Shown here: positions 60,248 through 64,000 of the stretch, piece by piece
Position numbering within the stretch: position 1 is the stretch's first letter
How the letters are laid out: each line of letters opens with the position of its first letter
DNA from: Armatimonadota bacterium
Lineage (GTDB): Bacteria > Armatimonadota > SYMT01
NCBI GenBank assembly: GCA_041690135.1
Contig: JAWLHY010000012.1
Coordinates: 64,001-128,000, forward strand
DNA: 64,000 bases
Direction of reading: 5' to 3'
Position numbers and translations under genes: made by a program
The notes under the pieces: model-generated
Told to the model about the DNA's origin: nothing
What the model saw: the letters and a program-made list of their open reading frames with translations, nothing else
Databases searched by the model: none

Positions 60248-61711
60248 TTACTTGTCCGTGCGGAAAGGGGATGCGGGAAGGCCGGCCTTGTTGGCCAGGT
60301 TCGGTTCCGCTTCCTGGTGCCAGGCAAAGCGCACGGCCACCGGCTTCGCCACCTGCGGGCTGGAGACCACGATGGTGTTGCCGTCGATCTCGGCCTGGGC
60401 GGGGACGAAGTTCTTGTCCTCGCCGGCGATGGTGAAGTGGGTCAGCGGCTTGCCGTCGCGGGAGGTGAGTCCACCGCCCACGTGGTCGAAGCGGAGACGG
60501 ATCTTGTTCCCCTCCACCTTCATCCCCTTGTAGAGGGGACCGGAGTAGACCTTCACGGGGCGATCATAGGTCTTCGCCAGCGCCCACAGCGCCAGGCGCC
60601 GGCCCACTTCCTGCTTGTTGCGCGGGTGGATGTCCGTGATGTTGCCGATGTCGGTGGTCACCGCCATGCCGGTGTGCGGGATGGAGAGGGCAGCCTGCTG
60701 CGCTTCCCAGATGCCGGCCAGCCGGGTCGGGTCTCCGCCGTAGCGGAACGGGGCAAGCTGAACGAAGTAGAACGGCAGCTCGGGGTTGTTCCACACGGTG
60801 CGCCAGCCTTCGACCAGGGCCTTCATCTTTTCGAAGTAGAGCATCCCCTCGCCGTTGTTCGACTCGCCCTGGTACCAGATGGCGCCGCGGATGGCGAACG
60901 GGACCAGCGGGTGGATCATCCCGTTGTAAAGCGCGAGCGGGGACTGGTGGTTGATCGCGGCGACCGTCTTCAGCGGGTTCTTCGGGTCCTTCACGAAGTT
61001 GGTGCTGGGGAAGGTGTCGAGCTTGCCGGTGATCTCCGCCAGGGCGGGAGTCTTCTGGAAACCAACGGGCGGGGTCCACGGCTCGATGCGGGTGCCGCCC
61101 CAGTTGGAGCCCAGCAGGCCCACCGGCACGTCCAGCTCCTTCATCAACTCCCGGCCGAAGTAGTAGCCCACCGCGGTGAACTGTCCGGCCGTTTGCGGGC
61201 TGCAGACCTTCCAGCCGTCGGAGGGAACGTTCTGCTCCGGCTTGATGGAGGGGCGGTGCGGGATCTTGATGTGGCGGATGCGGGGGTGGTTGGCGGCGGC
61301 GATCTCTTCCTGCGGGTTCGCCGAGGCCTGCACGCTCCACTCCATGTTCGACTGGCCGGAGCAGAGCCAGACCTCCCCGACGAGGATGTCTTCCAGTTCC
61401 AGCGTGTTCTTGCCGCGGACGGTGAGCTTCCGGGGCTCGCTACTCGCCTTCATCTTGTTCAGGCGAACCATCCAGTTGCCGCTTCCGTCGGCCTTCGTGG
61501 TGTGCTTCTGGCCGCCGAACTGGACGGTAACGGCTTCACCGGGGTCGGCCCAGCCCCAGATGGGGCACTCGCTGTTGCGCTGCAGGACCATGTGGCTGCC
61601 GATGACGGAAGGCAGGCTGACGTCGGCGTGGGCCGGTGCGGCCGTGAACGCCACGCCGAGGAGCAGCGCGGCGCCGCTCCAGGCTTTAAGAGGAGAAATC
61701 GGAGTTTTCAT
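60248..61711 (-). CDS. Sialate O-acetylesterase family protein
   Basis: GEVWLCSGQSNM, WYQGESN and DIHPRNK. Confidence 0.93.
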   Translation of the reverse strand: MKTPISPLKAWSGAALLLGVAFTAAPAHADVSLPSVIGSHMVLQRNSECPIWGWADPGEAVTVQFGGQKHTTKADGSGNWMVRLNKMKASSEPRKLTVRGKNTLELEDILVGEVWLCSGQSNMEWSVQASANPQEEIAAANHPRIRHIKIPHRPSIKPEQNVPSDGWKVCSPQTAGQFTAVGYYFGRELMKELDVPVGLLGSNWGGTRIEPWTPPVGFQKTPALAEITGKLDTFPSTNFVKDPKNPLKTVAAINHQSPLALYNGMIHPLVPFAIRGAIWYQGESNNGEGMLYFEKMKALVEGWRTVWNNPELPFYFVQLAPFRYGGDPTRLAGIWEAQQAALSIPHTGMAVTTDIGNITDIHPRNKQEVGRRLALWALAKTYDRPVKVYSGPLYKGMKVEGNKIRLRFDHVGGGLTSRDGKPLTHFTIAGEDKNFVPAQAEIDGNTIVVSSPQVAKPVAVRFAWHQEAEPNLANKAGLPASPFRTDK

Positions 61712-61732
61712 AAAGGTAGTTCGCTCTAGCGA

Positions 61733-62722
61733 TCAGGTGTTGCGGGGTGCCGCACCCGATTCTTTAGCGATGCGGAGGGCATTTCCCTTCCGCATCGCGG
61801 GGCGGTTGGAGATGGCAAGGCCGGCCAGGATCGCGAGACCGCCCACCGCCAATCCGGAGGTGACCGGTTCTCCCAGCACCAGGTAGCTCGCCAGCGCGCC
61901 GAAGACAGGGGTCAGGAAGAAGCCCACGCTGAGGCGGCTGGGCGGGTACTTCTGCAGCATGGCGGTCCAGCCGACGAAGCAGAGCCCGGCCACCACGATG
62001 CCCTGGTACAGGATCGAAGCGGCAATGGGGAGGTCCCATCGATAGTTCTGCGGTTCGGTGAACAGGCTCATCAGCACGAAGGCCGGGAGCGCGATGACGC
62101 TCTGCCAGAAGAGGAGCGTGTAGGGGTGGAGGCCCTGCACCAGCACGCCGGTGTACACCACCCGCGCGGCCAACAGCACGGCACTGAGGACCACCAGCCC
62201 GTCGCCGATCCAGGTTCCCGAGCCGCCCCGGAACCGCTCCCCGAAGACGAAGAGAATTCCCCCGAAGGCCACGGACGTCCCCAGCGCCTTGTTCCAGGTC
62301 AGCCGGTCGCTGCGCAGGAGGAAGTGCGCGAAGAGCGGGACGTAGAGCGGATAGCTGTTGATGAGCAGCGCCTGCCGGCTGGCGGCCGTGAGCATGGAGC
62401 CGTGGTTCAGCAGGGCGATCTGGACCGCGAACAGGATGGAGAGCCAGGTCAGCGGGATCCAGTTCTCACGCCGGATCCCCAGGGGAACCCGCTGCCAGCG
62501 GGCGATCACCACCACCACCGCCAACCCCAGCAGGAAGCGCATGGCCGCGGAACCGTAGGGGGGCAGGTGCTGGAGGCTGAACCGCAGGGCTGGGGCATTG
62601 CCGCCCCACCCGGCAGTGAGGAGGACGACCTGGAAGATGGCCAGCAGCGTGAGAGGCCGATCGCTCAACGACCGGCCGGGCCGTTCATCCTCGAGGTCTT
62701 CTTCGTGCGAGGGCCGTTCCAT
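61733..62722 (-). CDS. DMT/EamA family transporter
   Basis: ~10 TM segments in two EamA repeats. Confidence 0.88.
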   Translation of the reverse strand: MERPSHEEDLEDERPGRSLSDRPLTLLAIFQVVLLTAGWGGNAPALRFSLQHLPPYGSAAMRFLLGLAVVVVIARWQRVPLGIRRENWIPLTWLSILFAVQIALLNHGSMLTAASRQALLINSYPLYVPLFAHFLLRSDRLTWNKALGTSVAFGGILFVFGERFRGGSGTWIGDGLVVLSAVLLAARVVYTGVLVQGLHPYTLLFWQSVIALPAFVLMSLFTEPQNYRWDLPIAASILYQGIVVAGLCFVGWTAMLQKYPPSRLSVGFFLTPVFGALASYLVLGEPVTSGLAVGGLAILAGLAISNRPAMRKGNALRIAKESGAAPRNT

Positions 62723-62858
62723 AGGACTCTAGTCTAACGCGAGCAGTGGGGAGTGTAGAGGGTCCGGTCCTCCCCGGGAAAGGGGCTCAACACCTGAAAC
62801 CCGGTGGCTGCCCCGCACTCTTAACTTGTCTGGAGAGTTCAGCGTCGAACGGTGGCTT

Positions 62859-64000
62859 ATGTTCCAGGGCAAGAGACGAGCGCAAGTTTTCAGTAAGGCG
62901 GCCCTCGGGGCCGGTTGCGCCCTGCTGGTGGTGGGCGGCCTGGCAGCCTATTCCGCCACGGCGGCGCCCGGAGGATCCCTTTCAACCTCCAGCCCCAACC
63001 CCACTCCCGAGGCGATCGAGTTCTTCGAAAAGAAGGTGCGGCCGGTGCTGGCGGAGCAGTGCTTCGGCTGTCACTCGGAGCAGAAGCCGCAGGGGGGCCT
63101 GAACCTCCGCACCCGCGCGGCGCTCCTGCAGGGAGGTGCCCTGGGGCCGGCGCTCGTGCCGGGAGATCCGGAGAAGAGCCTGCTGATCCGGGCGGTACGC
63201 TACCACGACCACCTGAAGATGCCGCCCAAGGGCAAGCTGCCCGAAACGCAGATCCGGGACCTGGAAGCCTGGGTGAAGATGGGCGCGGTGTGGCCCTCCG
63301 AAAGGATGAAGGATGAAGGCGGAAGGAAGAATTCCGCCGGACCCGTCCATCCGCAAAAGGCTGAGGTCCATTGGAGCTTCAGGCCGGTTGGGATGCCGGG
63401 GGTTCCTCCGGTGAAGAATCGGTGGTGGGTGAAGAACCCGGTGGATGCGTTCGTGCTGGCGGAGTTGGAGAAGAAGGGGCTGAAGCCGAACTCGTACGCG
63501 GACCGCCCCACCCTGATCCGCCGGGTGACCTTCGACCTGACCGGGCTGCCGCCGACCCCGGAGGAGATTGCGGCGTTCGTGAACGACCGGAGCCCGGACG
63601 CGTGGGAGAAGGTGGTGGATCGCCTGCTCGCCTCGCCGCAGTACGGAGAGCGTTGGGGGCGGCACTGGTTGGACGTGGTCCGCTACGCCGACTCGAACGG
63701 CATGGACGAAAACGAGGTCTTCCCGCACGCCTGGCGCTACCGGGACTATGTGATCCGGGCTTTCAACGAGGACAAGCCGTACAACCTGTTCCTGAAAGAG
63801 CAACTGGCCGGCGACCTGATGCCCGCGGCCTCGGTGGAGCAGCGCTATGAGCGGTTAACGGCGACCGGTATGCTGGTAATGGGGCCAAAGGTGCTGGCGG
63901 AGCGGGACAAGCCGAAGCTGACCATGGACGTGGTGGACGAGCAGATCGACACCGTCAGCAAGGCGTTCATGGGCCTGACCGTGAGTTGCGCCCGCTGCCA
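62859..64000 (+). CDS. Planctomycete cytochrome c (PSCyt1)-DUF1549 protein (partial, runs off window end)
   Basis: Manual translation from ATG at 62859: FFEKKVRPVLAEQCFGCH, MPPKG, HWSF, LIRRVTFDLTGLPPT, YGERWGRHWLDVVRYADS and CARC. Confidence 0.9.
   Translation, partial: MFQGKRRAQVFSKAALGAGCALLVVGGLAAYSATAAPGGSLSTSSPNPTPEAIEFFEKKVRPVLAEQCFGCHSEQKPQGGLNLRTRAALLQGGALGPALVPGDPEKSLLIRAVRYHDHLKMPPKGKLPETQIRDLEAWVKMGAVWPSERMKDEGGRKNSAGPVHPQKAEVHWSFRPVGMPGVPPVKNRWWVKNPVDAFVLAELEKKGLKPNSYADRPTLIRRVTFDLTGLPPTPEEIAAFVNDRSPDAWEKVVDRLLASPQYGERWGRHWLDVVRYADSNGMDENEVFPHAWRYRDYVIRAFNEDKPYNLFLKEQLAGDLMPAASVEQRYERLTATGMLVMGPKVLAERDKPKLTMDVVDEQIDTVSKAFMGLTVSCARC

Noticed and set aside
1-64000. tRNA/rRNA genes, integrase, transposase, prophage genes
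   Set aside because: None were recognised by eye. A tRNAscan/Infernal run would be needed to exclude small RNAs formally.

Overview
High-GC bacterial chromosome window, probably Armatimonadota: the prepilin/DUF1559/H-X9-DG protein has the phylum-typical [16 protein letters not shown] motif, and Planctomycete-type cytochrome genes are present. Most of it is ordinary: transport, two-component signalling, sugar catabolism, mutM, glyQS, hpnC and three Uma2 genes. The standout is a roughly 9 kb accessory island at about 11.6-20.6 kb. Its two edges appear to be collapsed remnants of a class 1 DISARM anti-phage locus (drmD 5' end fused to drmMI 3' end; drmA 5' end fused to drmC 3' end). Inside it is an intact, co-directional cassette that I cannot assign to any known system. 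It encodes a chimera of ribosomal protein L11 (first ~103 aa), a winged HTH and a DUF3006-like domain, followed by a ComEC-type metallo-beta-lactamase-fold hydrolase, a TMD-NBD ABC transporter and a YwgA/Panacea-like ORF. This is my best candidate for a new defence system. Other features are a Septu-like ATPase+HNH pair (51.3-53.6 kb), a dense TGTCGAA site cluster (37.6-37.8 kb), a ~440 bp long-inverted-repeat element (59.7-60.1 kb) and many REP-like and 6-8 bp tandem repeats. I saw no tRNA, rRNA, CRISPR array, integrase, transposase or reverse transcriptase. All family assignments come from motif recognition by eye, not database searches.
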